Of a stretch of DNA of 64,000 bases, positions 9,466 through 16,883 are shown one piece after another. The translations under genes and the position numbers were made by a program. Under the pieces are notes generated by a model. That model saw only the letters and a list, made by a program, of their open reading frames with translations. It had not been told where the DNA came from and did no database searches. This DNA is from an uncultured Candidatus Saccharibacteria bacterium (GTDB lineage Bacteria; Patescibacteriota; Doudnabacteria; UBA920): contig CAZHIA010000001.1 in assembly GCA_964532425.1 (NCBI GenBank), positions 44,889-108,888 on the forward strand, read 5' to 3'. The number at the start of each line of letters is the position of its first letter. Positions within the stretch are counted from its first letter, which is position 1.

Positions 9466-9759
9466 AACCTGCCTCCTTGTATGAAGGCATTGTAGCAGAA
9501 AACGGCAATGGAGTGCAGGCCGCTGGCCTGCTGATAAATAAAAAGATTCAAAAATAGAAATATAAAAAATTATAAGAACTGTAGATTATGTAGGTAATAT
9601 CTACCCTACAATTTCTTGGATCTTTCTATTGGCAGGGCACGGCCCTGCACTACAAGAACAGGGGTGCATATGAATACCACTGTAGTACAGGCCCGTGGCC
9701 TGCTCCGTGTAGGGGCAGGCAGGAGGCGCCCTCTTCTTAAAGCACCAAAAACAAATCTC

Positions 9760-10052
9760 AAATTACAAATAATATCCAAATTTCAAATTCGAAATTCTGC
9801 AGATTGGATATTGAATATTGTCTCCCTCCAGGAGATCTACCGCAGGTACGAGGTATTAGGAAGTAGTCTCAAAACCTCCTTATGGCGTCATTCTGAGTCC
9901 TGAGTTCGACGAAGGACGAAGAATCTCATGATCGGTAAGAGATACTTCGGTCGTCTGACTCCCTCAGTATGACGCCGGAGAGGGAGTATCCTGGTTTTGA
10001 GACCGCTTCTAGAATAAATCTTAAAATTTGATGCTTGGGATTTGGAATTTGA
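9760..10052 (+). mobile_element. MITE-like element, copy 1 (~293 bp) with a long internal hairpin (GGCGTCATTCTGAGTCCTGAG...CTCAGTATGACGCC) and AT-rich CAAATTTCAAATTC-type termini
   Basis: About 95% identical to the reverse complement of 44737-45032; a partial core copy lies at 37694-37866. Confidence 0.8.
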
Positions 10053-10453
10053 ACGGCGGGCAGCTGCCGCTTGCCCCTACGGGGACCAGGTCTTTGCAGC
10101 GTAGGGGCCGCCGACCCTGCCTGCCGGCAGGCAGGAGGCGTCCTCTCGCACAAAGCCTAAATCCTAAATTTTAAATCCTTAATCCGTATTGATAGCCAGT
10201 CTCTTCAAAACCCGGTACAATGAGAGCAGGCTGTGACTTAATTTTTCTAGTTTCTATTTTTCTATTTATTATGTTGGCAATTATTTTCGGCCTTGTTGCT
10301 ATCGGAATATTCGTCCTGTTTCGGGAGGCGTTTTCGCATGCACCGACTTCGCCGCAGCGGCCAAAGCCGGCCGCTTCGGGTGATGCCCTCGTTCGCTTCG
10401 GCCTCGGGCAGCGCCGCAAGAGTCAGCGCCGATTGCATATAGAAAAGCCGGCC

Positions 10454-11755
10454 ATGGAGTTTAATCCCGAGAACAGCCGGGCTTTGGATTTGCTCGAGAA
10501 TTCCCGCCGCAATATTTTTCTGACCGGGCGGGCCGGGGCGGGTAAATCTACCTTGCTCATGTACTTTCGCGCTACTACCAAAAAGAACGTGGCTGTGGTC
10601 GCGCCGACCGGTGTGGCTGCCATTAACGTGCAGGGCCAGACCATTCATCGCTTCTTCCGCTTTAAGCCGGATATTACGCTCGACAAAGTGCCGAAGTATT
10701 TGGACCGCGACCGGGATCTCTATAAAGAATTAGACACACTGGTCATAGACGAGATCTCCATGGTGCGGGCTGATCTGCTCGATTGTGTGGATGCGTTCTT
10801 GCGTATGCACGGACCGGAACCGGGCAAGGTTTTCGGCGGCGTGCAAATGGTGTTCATGGGAGACTTATACCAATTGCCGCCCGTGGTCAAGGACGAGGAA
10901 GAGGAAATTTTCCAGACGCACTATCGCACGGAGTTTTTCTTTTCCGCCAAGTGCCTGCAGCAGACCACGCTCATTCCGCTGGAACTGACCCGCGTGTACC
11001 GCCAGAGCGATGAAGGCTTTAAGAAAATTTTAAACGACATCCGCGACGGTACAGTCAGTGACCAGGACTTGGCAGTTTTGAACTCCCGCGTTGACCGCGA
11101 TTTTTCGCCTGCACAGGAAGAGGGTATTGTCCGCGTATGGTTGGTACCGACGCGCGCCCAAGCCGCGGAAATTAATGGCTGGCACATGGAACATCTGCCT
11201 GGCGCCATGCGCATGTACCACGGTTCGGTAGAGGGTAGGTTTTCCGAGCGCGACATGCCAACACCGTTGGAATTGGAGTTGAAAGTCGGTACGCAGGTTA
11301 TGCTGCTCAATAACGACAGCAAGGGGCGCTGGGTTAACGGCGACGTGGCCCGGGTGGTAGATTTGCGCCAGGATTTTATCCGCGTCAAGTTCGACGACGG
11401 CACGTTCGATGATGTCGAACGCCATACCTGGGACGCGTTCCGTCATACGCTCGAAAAGGGGAGTAATAAGATTGTCGCGGTTTCCGACGGCAGTTTTACC
11501 CAGTTTCCGGTCAAGCCGGCTTGGGCGTTAACCATCCACAAGTCGCAAGGTAAGACGTATGATCATGTGGCCATCGATTTAAGCCGCGGTACTTTTGCGG
11601 CCGGCCAGGCTTATGTGGCCTTGTCGCGCTGCCGCACGCTTGAAGGTCTTATTTTAAAAACCCCGCTGCGCCGCCATCACGTTATGATAGACAAGGAAGC
11701 CGCGGAGTTCATGAAGGTGGTATCATTTTTAGCGGAGAAGGGACATATCCCCTAA
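10454..11755 (+). CDS. PIF1-family 5'-3' DNA helicase (paralog 1)
   Basis: Walker A GRAGAGKST and the C-terminal TIHKSQGKTYDHVAIDLSRGTFAAGQAYVALSRCRTLEGL motif. Start set at 10454 by alignment with paralog 2. The track's start at 10220 adds a doubtful TM segment that overlaps an AT-rich repeat. Confidence 0.8.
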   Translation: MEFNPENSRALDLLENSRRNIFLTGRAGAGKSTLLMYFRATTKKNVAVVAPTGVAAINVQGQTIHRFFRFKPDITLDKVPKYLDRDRDLYKELDTLVIDEISMVRADLLDCVDAFLRMHGPEPGKVFGGVQMVFMGDLYQLPPVVKDEEEEIFQTHYRTEFFFSAKCLQQTTLIPLELTRVYRQSDEGFKKILNDIRDGTVSDQDLAVLNSRVDRDFSPAQEEGIVRVWLVPTRAQAAEINGWHMEHLPGAMRMYHGSVEGRFSERDMPTPLELELKVGTQVMLLNNDSKGRWVNGDVARVVDLRQDFIRVKFDDGTFDDVERHTWDAFRHTLEKGSNKIVAVSDGSFTQFPVKPAWALTIHKSQGKTYDHVAIDLSRGTFAAGQAYVALSRCRTLEGLILKTPLRRHHVMIDKEAAEFMKVVSFLAEKGHIP

Positions 11756-11837
11756 ATCACCGCTGAAGGTGCGCTGATTACGACGCTGAAAGGTCGCTTA
11801 TGTAGGGGCGGCCATTGGCCGCCCTGTCCGTGATTCA

Positions 11838-11865
11838 GTAGGGGACGGTCGCGACCGTCCCGTAC
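11838..11865. repeat. REP-like palindrome (family E): GTAGGGGACGGTCGCGACCGTCCCGTAC. Related copies at 11797-11822, 11937-11965, 21590-21613, 22897-22924, 46565-46590, 50870-50899 and 51115-51144.
   Basis: Near-perfect palindrome with the GTAG head typical of RAYT-mobilised REPs; eight copies in the window. Confidence 0.8.
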
Positions 11866-11983
11866 GGGATTCAGATCATTTTATCCAAATAAGAGCGTAT
11901 CAGAGTTCATTTCACACTGAATGATTGCATATATAGAGGCGGCCAATGGCCGCCCTATCCGTGAACCAGGAACTATAATAACA

Positions 11984-12026
11984 AAAAAACGTCCCGGCTG
12001 CTTGCGCAGTCGGGACGTTGTTGTTT
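11984..12026. terminator. bidirectional terminator
   Basis: AAAAAAA-ACGTCCCGGCTG...CAGTCGGGACGT-TGTTGTTT. Confidence 0.7.
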
Positions 12027-12033
12027 GGCCTGC

Positions 12034-12951
12034 TCAGTCTTCCAGATCAAGCAGGGCTACAATGCGGTTGTCGAGGGACGGGTGCGTGGAAAGCAGGTCG
12101 TCCGGGTTCGGATCAGCGGTACAGAGGAAGCCGAACGCAGCGGCTGTGGCAGCTGAAGCTATGTGCGGTCGCCGGCAGACCTTTTTTAAGGCCGACACCA
12201 GAGGCCGCCCCGAACCCATGATGCGCGCGGAGGTTGCATCTGCCGCATATTCGCGCTGCCGCGAAACGAACATCTGCAACACCACGGCCAGGCCTCGTCC
12301 GACGAGGTAGAGGAGTACGCCTATCAACAAGGCGACAATCAGGGCCCATCCGCTGCCCTTGCGGTCGTCATCGTCGCTCGAACCTCCATACGGCGAGATG
12401 CGAAGCAGGAGCCAGCCGGTGAAGGCCATCATCATGACCGAGATGGTCAGCGCAGTGGAGACTAGGATGTCCTTGTTCACGATGTGGCCGGCTTCGTGCG
12501 CCATGACCGCGGAGAGCTCTTCATCGGTCAAGCCGCTAATGATTCCTTTGGTGGCGGCAACGGCCGAAAAGTAGGGGATGCCCCAACCAAAGGCCATGGC
12601 GTTCATGCCATCATCAGGAATGAGGTAGATGCGCGGGCAGGGCTTGGCCAGCATCGGAGTAGCGCGCAATACCGCATCCCAGAGCTTGGGATTTTCCTCC
12701 CGGACGTAAATCCGTTTGGCTCCCAACGAGATGACCACCAGCCATTCGTTGAATACGAGCATGAGTACGCCAATAATGCCGGCGCCCCACGCGCCATACC
12801 GGAAGTAATTCAGGTAGCCGTGGGCAAAGGTTGCCGTGAGCCAGTAGCACAGCCACCAGAACAGGCCTATGAGCCCGACAGCCAGAACGAACGAGAGCCA
12901 GCTGCGAACCCAGACAGCGAGTACGCGTTCCAAGCGCACCTTTGTACGCAT
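12034..12951 (-). CDS. M48-family zinc metalloprotease (HtpX-like)
   Basis: HEXXH motif (MAHEAGHIV) and TM helices. Start at 12951, preceded by AGGAGG; the track's longer N-terminus is rejected. Confidence 0.75.
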   Translation of the reverse strand: MRTKVRLERVLAVWVRSWLSFVLAVGLIGLFWWLCYWLTATFAHGYLNYFRYGAWGAGIIGVLMLVFNEWLVVISLGAKRIYVREENPKLWDAVLRATPMLAKPCPRIYLIPDDGMNAMAFGWGIPYFSAVAATKGIISGLTDEELSAVMAHEAGHIVNKDILVSTALTISVMMMAFTGWLLLRISPYGGSSDDDDRKGSGWALIVALLIGVLLYLVGRGLAVVLQMFVSRQREYAADATSARIMGSGRPLVSALKKVCRRPHIASAATAAAFGFLCTADPNPDDLLSTHPSLDNRIVALLDLED

Positions 12952-13022
12952 TGTGTATTTCCTCCTGAAGTTGAATAGGTACGATTCTTGCAAACTAGGT
13001 ATAGTACTAGATTTTGTCTTAT

Positions 13023-13051
13023 TTGTCAAGAGTATGAAAGAGGCATACAAT
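13023..13051 (+). promoter_or_regulatory. sigma70-like promoter upstream of radC
   Basis: TTGTCA, 17-nt spacer, TACAAT. Confidence 0.55.
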
Positions 13052-13072
13052 AGGGGCAAGAAAAGTTATATT

Positions 13073-13119
13073 TGTGTCATTCCGGAATCCGCCTCTTGCG
13101 GATATCCGGAATCTACACA
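13073..13119. repeat. hairpin repeat (family A): TGTGTCATTCCGGAATCC...GGATATCCGGAATCTACACA. Other copies at 16109-16156 and 24387-24455.
   Basis: Three copies sharing the GTCATTCCGGAATCC arms with variable loops. Confidence 0.75.
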
Positions 13120-13138
13120 TGCTTAGTCTCGAAACCAA

Positions 13139-13801
13139 ATGCCAATCAAAATGTTAGAGAGAATGTTACAACCACGCGAACGGCTCATGAAGTACGGTCC
13201 GGGGCGGCTTTCTGATGCCGAACTTCTCGCAATCATGCTCCGCACCGGGCCCAAAGGGTGCAATGTGGTTGAGCTTTCAAAGAAGCTGCTGAAAAAATAT
13301 CCGGACGCAAAACTGGCCCAAGCCAGCGTCCAGGAATTGTCCGAAGTACACGGCCTTGGCCCAGCCAAGGCCTGCGAGCTGTCTGCCTGTTTTGAACTGG
13401 GCAGGCGGATGCTCAAGGACAAGCAGTCCGTGCTCATTCTTTCCCCGCGCGAGGTGTGGGATCAGATGCAGGATATTCGCAACCACAAGAAGGAACACTT
13501 TGTCGTGTTCTTTTTGGACACCCAGAACCAGGTGGTCAAAAGGGAAGTGGTGAGCATCGGCACGCTGAATGCCAGCCTCATTCATCCGCGCGAGGTTTTC
13601 GAGCCAGCAGTGCGCTTTCTGGCCGCACATGTTATTGTCTCACACAATCATCCGTCAGGAAGTTTGGAGCCCTCGGACGAGGACCTGCGCATCACTAAGC
13701 GTCTTTGTGATGCGGGAAAGCTTTTGGGCATTGAACTGCTCGATCATGTCATTGTCACCGCATCCGGTTATGCAAGCTTCAAGGAGAAAAATCTGTTATG
13801 A
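13139..13801 (+). CDS. radC: RadC-like JAB-domain protein (UPF0758)
   Basis: N-terminal HhH region and JAMM motif region ...HVIVSHNHPSGSLEPSDED. Confidence 0.85.
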   Translation: MPIKMLERMLQPRERLMKYGPGRLSDAELLAIMLRTGPKGCNVVELSKKLLKKYPDAKLAQASVQELSEVHGLGPAKACELSACFELGRRMLKDKQSVLILSPREVWDQMQDIRNHKKEHFVVFFLDTQNQVVKREVVSIGTLNASLIHPREVFEPAVRFLAAHVIVSHNHPSGSLEPSDEDLRITKRLCDAGKLLGIELLDHVIVTASGYASFKEKNLL

Positions 13802-13812
13802 TGGTATAAGAG

Positions 13813-13843
13813 CCTATCCATCCTATCCATCTTATTCATCCTA
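13813..13843. repeat. period-9 tandem array (CCTATCCAT x3-4) directly after the radC stop and upstream of the PIF1-2 start
   Basis: cctatccat cctatccat cttattcat cc... Confidence 0.8.
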
Positions 13844-13865
13844 GAGGCCTTATTCCCTTTATTCC

Positions 13866-15968
13866 ATGTCCGAAGACAATTCTCCTCTTTACACGAAATC
13901 CTATTACGAAGAAGTCCGTAAAATCCACCCCCGCATGGGCAAGAAGTGGACTGCGGACGAAGACCAACAGCTTAAGAATGCCTACCTGCAATTCAAGGCG
14001 CAGCCGTCGGCGAATTTTGACGTGTTCCTGCAGGAACTGGTCGAGCAGTTCGGCAGGGCTTCGGGCGGCATTAAGGCAAGGTTAGCTAAATATTTTGAGG
14101 ACGTCCCGGGTTGGGACTATGGCCGCGATGCGTTCCGGCAGGAACAGCTCAATAAGGAGGCAGAGTCAGCCATTCCCAAAGACGACGAGGAGGTGCTGGT
14201 TCGGGCGTACCGCTTGTATGAAGAATCAAAAAATGAGACGTACATGGCCTTTTTACGGCGCATGTCGGAACGCCTTGGAAATATTGAGGGGAGGCTTATA
14301 ACGCACCGTTTATCGCAATTGGTCGGCGAGGTAAAAAAGTACAATAAGGAAGATGTAGGGGCGGCCAGTGGCCGCCCGCACCCAGGGAGTGATCGCGAAA
14401 AAAATACTCCCGACGTCTCAGATATCGACTTTTCTGGCAACCTTGAAGCAGGCGAGGCCTTGCGCCTTATGGAGCAGACCCGGGAAAATCTGTTTTTGAC
14501 CGGAGAGGCTGGAACCGGGAAATCGACCCTGCTGCAGTTCTTCCGCTATACCACCCAAAAGAACGTGGTGGTGCTCGCTCCGACCGGGGTGGCTGCTTTG
14601 AATGTGGAAGGCCAGACCATTCATTCGTTTTGCGGGTTCGGTCCGGATATTACGGTGCACAAGGTCAAGAAGCTAGGCCCATGGGCGCCCAAGCGCAAGC
14701 TGCTTAATAAGCTCGATGCGATTATTATAGACGAGATCTCCATGGTCCGCGCTGATCTGCTTGATTGCGTGGACAAGTTTTTGCGCATGAACGGGCCGAC
14801 TGGGACGCAAGCCTTTGGTGGCATTCAAATGATTTTCATCGGTGATCTTTATCAACTCCCGCCAGTATCCGCCGAAAGGCCTGTTGGCCAATCAGGCGGA
14901 CCCGCCACAATGTCCCGTTTTGGCGGGGCTTTGGGCGGGGAGAAGGGTTTTTATGGTGATCCTCTCCTGTCCCAATACGCCTCTCCTTATTTTTTTGATG
15001 CCCTTGCATATAAGCAGACGAAGTTCCACCACATCGCCCTCAAGCAAATGTACCGGCAGAAGGACCGGGTGTTCATCGACGTGCTGAATGCGGTGCGCAA
15101 CAATGCAGCCATGCAGGAACATTTGACCGTCTTAAACCAGCGCGCGCAGACTGCGGGTGCCAAGTTCACGTTCGAGAAATTTGCAATTTATTTAACTACT
15201 ACGAACCAACGCGCGCGGCAAGTGAATAATTTTTTCATTGAGCGCTTGAAGGGAGAGCTGAAGACTTTTCAGGGGCGCACTGCCGGAACCTTTGAGGACC
15301 GAGAGCTGCCCACAGACTTGAATTTGCAAATCAAGGTCGGCGCCCAAGTCATGATGCTCAACAACGACCGCAAGAAGCGCTGGGTCAATGGCACTATGGG
15401 GAAGATAGTTGCCATAGGTTTTGGTAATACCGATGTTGAGCAGGCCCGCGGCCTGCCCTCCCGGATGGAGAATGGTAGTGTGGTTTCTTCTCCCCAGGCG
15501 TGGGAAGATGCCCCGCAGGGGCAGAGAGGTCGAACCCTGGAAGCTGAAGATCAATCTCCCGAACTCACCTACGAACCCATCTCTCCATATGACTACCGCC
15601 CGCAATCTTCTGGCATGGTGGTAACCGTGGAATTGGAAACAGGGGAGACCGTAGACGTGACGCCGTTCACCTGGGAGATGCACAAGTTCGTGCTCGACAA
15701 GGAAACGGAGAAAATAGACATTCAGACCACGGGCACGTTCACGCAATACCCGTTCAAGTTGGCTTGGGCCGTGACCATACACAAGGCCCAGGGCAAGACG
15801 TTCGACAAGGTGTATGTGGATCTTTCCACCGGCACCTTCGCGCACGGCCAGCTCTACGTTGCCCTCTCGCGCTGCCGCACTCTGGAAGGTCTCTTCCTCC
15901 GCCGTCCCATCACCCCCGCCGACATCCTCCTCGACCAGCGCATTGTCCAATTTCTGAATTCGTTATAA
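13866..15968 (+). CDS. PIF1-family DNA helicase (paralog 2) with an ~200-aa N-terminal extension containing a Myb/SANT-like motif, plus two internal insertions
   Basis: Core ~65% identical to paralog 1 (GEAGTGKST ... TIHKAQGKTFDKVYVDLSTGTFAHGQLYVALSRCRTLEGL). N-terminus has GKKWTADEDQQLKNAYLQF...GGIKARL. Confidence 0.8.
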   Translation: MSEDNSPLYTKSYYEEVRKIHPRMGKKWTADEDQQLKNAYLQFKAQPSANFDVFLQELVEQFGRASGGIKARLAKYFEDVPGWDYGRDAFRQEQLNKEAESAIPKDDEEVLVRAYRLYEESKNETYMAFLRRMSERLGNIEGRLITHRLSQLVGEVKKYNKEDVGAASGRPHPGSDREKNTPDVSDIDFSGNLEAGEALRLMEQTRENLFLTGEAGTGKSTLLQFFRYTTQKNVVVLAPTGVAALNVEGQTIHSFCGFGPDITVHKVKKLGPWAPKRKLLNKLDAIIIDEISMVRADLLDCVDKFLRMNGPTGTQAFGGIQMIFIGDLYQLPPVSAERPVGQSGGPATMSRFGGALGGEKGFYGDPLLSQYASPYFFDALAYKQTKFHHIALKQMYRQKDRVFIDVLNAVRNNAAMQEHLTVLNQRAQTAGAKFTFEKFAIYLTTTNQRARQVNNFFIERLKGELKTFQGRTAGTFEDRELPTDLNLQIKVGAQVMMLNNDRKKRWVNGTMGKIVAIGFGNTDVEQARGLPSRMENGSVVSSPQAWEDAPQGQRGRTLEAEDQSPELTYEPISPYDYRPQSSGMVVTVELETGETVDVTPFTWEMHKFVLDKETEKIDIQTTGTFTQYPFKLAWAVTIHKAQGKTFDKVYVDLSTGTFAHGQLYVALSRCRTLEGLFLRRPITPADILLDQRIVQFLNSL

Positions 15969-15970
15969 AT

Positions 15971-16033
15971 CCTATCCATCCTATTCATCCTATCCATCTT
16001 ATCAATCCTATCCATCTTATAAATCCCATTTCA
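15971..16033. repeat. period-9 tandem array (7 units: CCTATCCAT, CCTATTCAT ...) directly after the PIF1-2 stop
   Basis: Seven consecutive 9-bp units; this array is the source of the spurious NPIHPIHPIH ORF. Confidence 0.85.
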
Positions 16034-16180
16034 CCCCTTCTTCCCCTTGGCTTCCATTAACCCCCCTTTACCCCCTTAAACCCCTTTTCACCCTTTCTTC
16101 CCTCACTCTGTGTCATTCCGGAATCCGAGTGCAGCCGAGGATGTCCGGAATCCAGTTTATTTCCCCATAAATTCTCTTAT

Positions 16181-16208
16181 TTGACAGGAATTTACCCGGT
16201 GCTATGAT
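16181..16208 (+). promoter_or_regulatory. near-consensus sigma70 promoter
   Basis: TTGACA, 16-nt spacer, TATGAT. Confidence 0.6.
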
Positions 16209-16214
16209 GGAAAA

Positions 16215-16302
16215 AACAACAAACATGCCAGTCGAGTCTCCCGTAAATAAAATAATAACTTAAACCAAAGCTCCAAGCCGCCGTTTTCGGCGGCTTTGTT
16301 TT
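16215..16302 (+). ncRNA. candidate small RNA (~85 nt) defined by a promoter and terminator
   Basis: Consensus promoter at 16181-16208. Terminator GCCGCCG-ttttc-GGCGGC followed by TTTGTTTT at 16277-16302. Contains only a 19-codon ORF with no RBS. Confidence 0.4.
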
Positions 16303-16489
16303 CCGGGCCTGCTCTCCTTCTACCGAAGGTCCAACGTAGCCTCGTGCGAAGTTGGAATAGGAGGAGTGCCCGCCGACTCGTCCGCCGTAGCTTTAGCGAA
16401 GGGGGAAGGCGGGGGAAGTGGTACGGGGTCTGTAGTGCCCCTCTCCCTTTCAAGGGAGAGGTAGGGTGAGGGTATTAATTAAAAATCCT

Positions 16490-16840
16490 ATGACAAAAAT
16501 TCAAAAAATCTGGCTCTCTATCTTCATTGCCATGTTTGCATTGCCTGAGATTTTATGGAGTCCAGTAATAAATCTGATTTACGAATTTTTACAAAATACT
16601 AATAAAGTTCAACCCTGGCGTGATAATTTTTTGATGAATAGCGATAACATTGCCTGGCTTAGTGTAATATACCTTATTCAATTGGTGGGATTGCTGGGGT
16701 GTTTGATGTTGATTATTTCACTTAAGCCAAAGAATATAGCTATGTGGTTAGTAAACTCGGTATTGATAATATGCAGTCTCACAGTTGCATTCTTGTTATT
16801 TGCCTCATTGACAATTGGGGGTCATGGAATTGGTTTCTAA
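16490..16840 (+). CDS. hypothetical small membrane protein (AT-rich gene)
   Basis: Three or four hydrophobic helices. Low GC compared with the flanks. ATG 16490; the track calls GTG 16466. Confidence 0.5.
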   Translation: MTKIQKIWLSIFIAMFALPEILWSPVINLIYEFLQNTNKVQPWRDNFLMNSDNIAWLSVIYLIQLVGLLGCLMLIISLKPKNIAMWLVNSVLIICSLTVAFLLFASLTIGGHGIGF

Positions 16841-16883
16841 CATACTCTAAAGATGCCCGTTAAATATAAGTATTCTAAATTTT

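Noticed and set aside
10220-10453. N-terminal TM segment predicted for PIF1 paralog 1 from the 10220 start
   Set aside because: Alignment with paralog 2 places the conserved helicase N-terminus at M10454. The upstream region is an AT-rich repeat (TTTTCTATTTTTCTATTT), so its hydrophobic translation is probably an artefact.
13813-16033. Interpreting the CCTAT arrays as iterons of a plasmid or phage replication origin
   Set aside because: No Rep initiator, DnaA boxes or AT-rich unwinding element is nearby. The 9-bp units are shorter than typical iterons. I keep this only as a protein-binding-array hypothesis.
15764-16060. 98-aa ORF ...NPIHPIHPIHLINPIHLINPI...
   Set aside because: It is a translation of the 9-bp tandem array and the polypyrimidine tract, not a gene.
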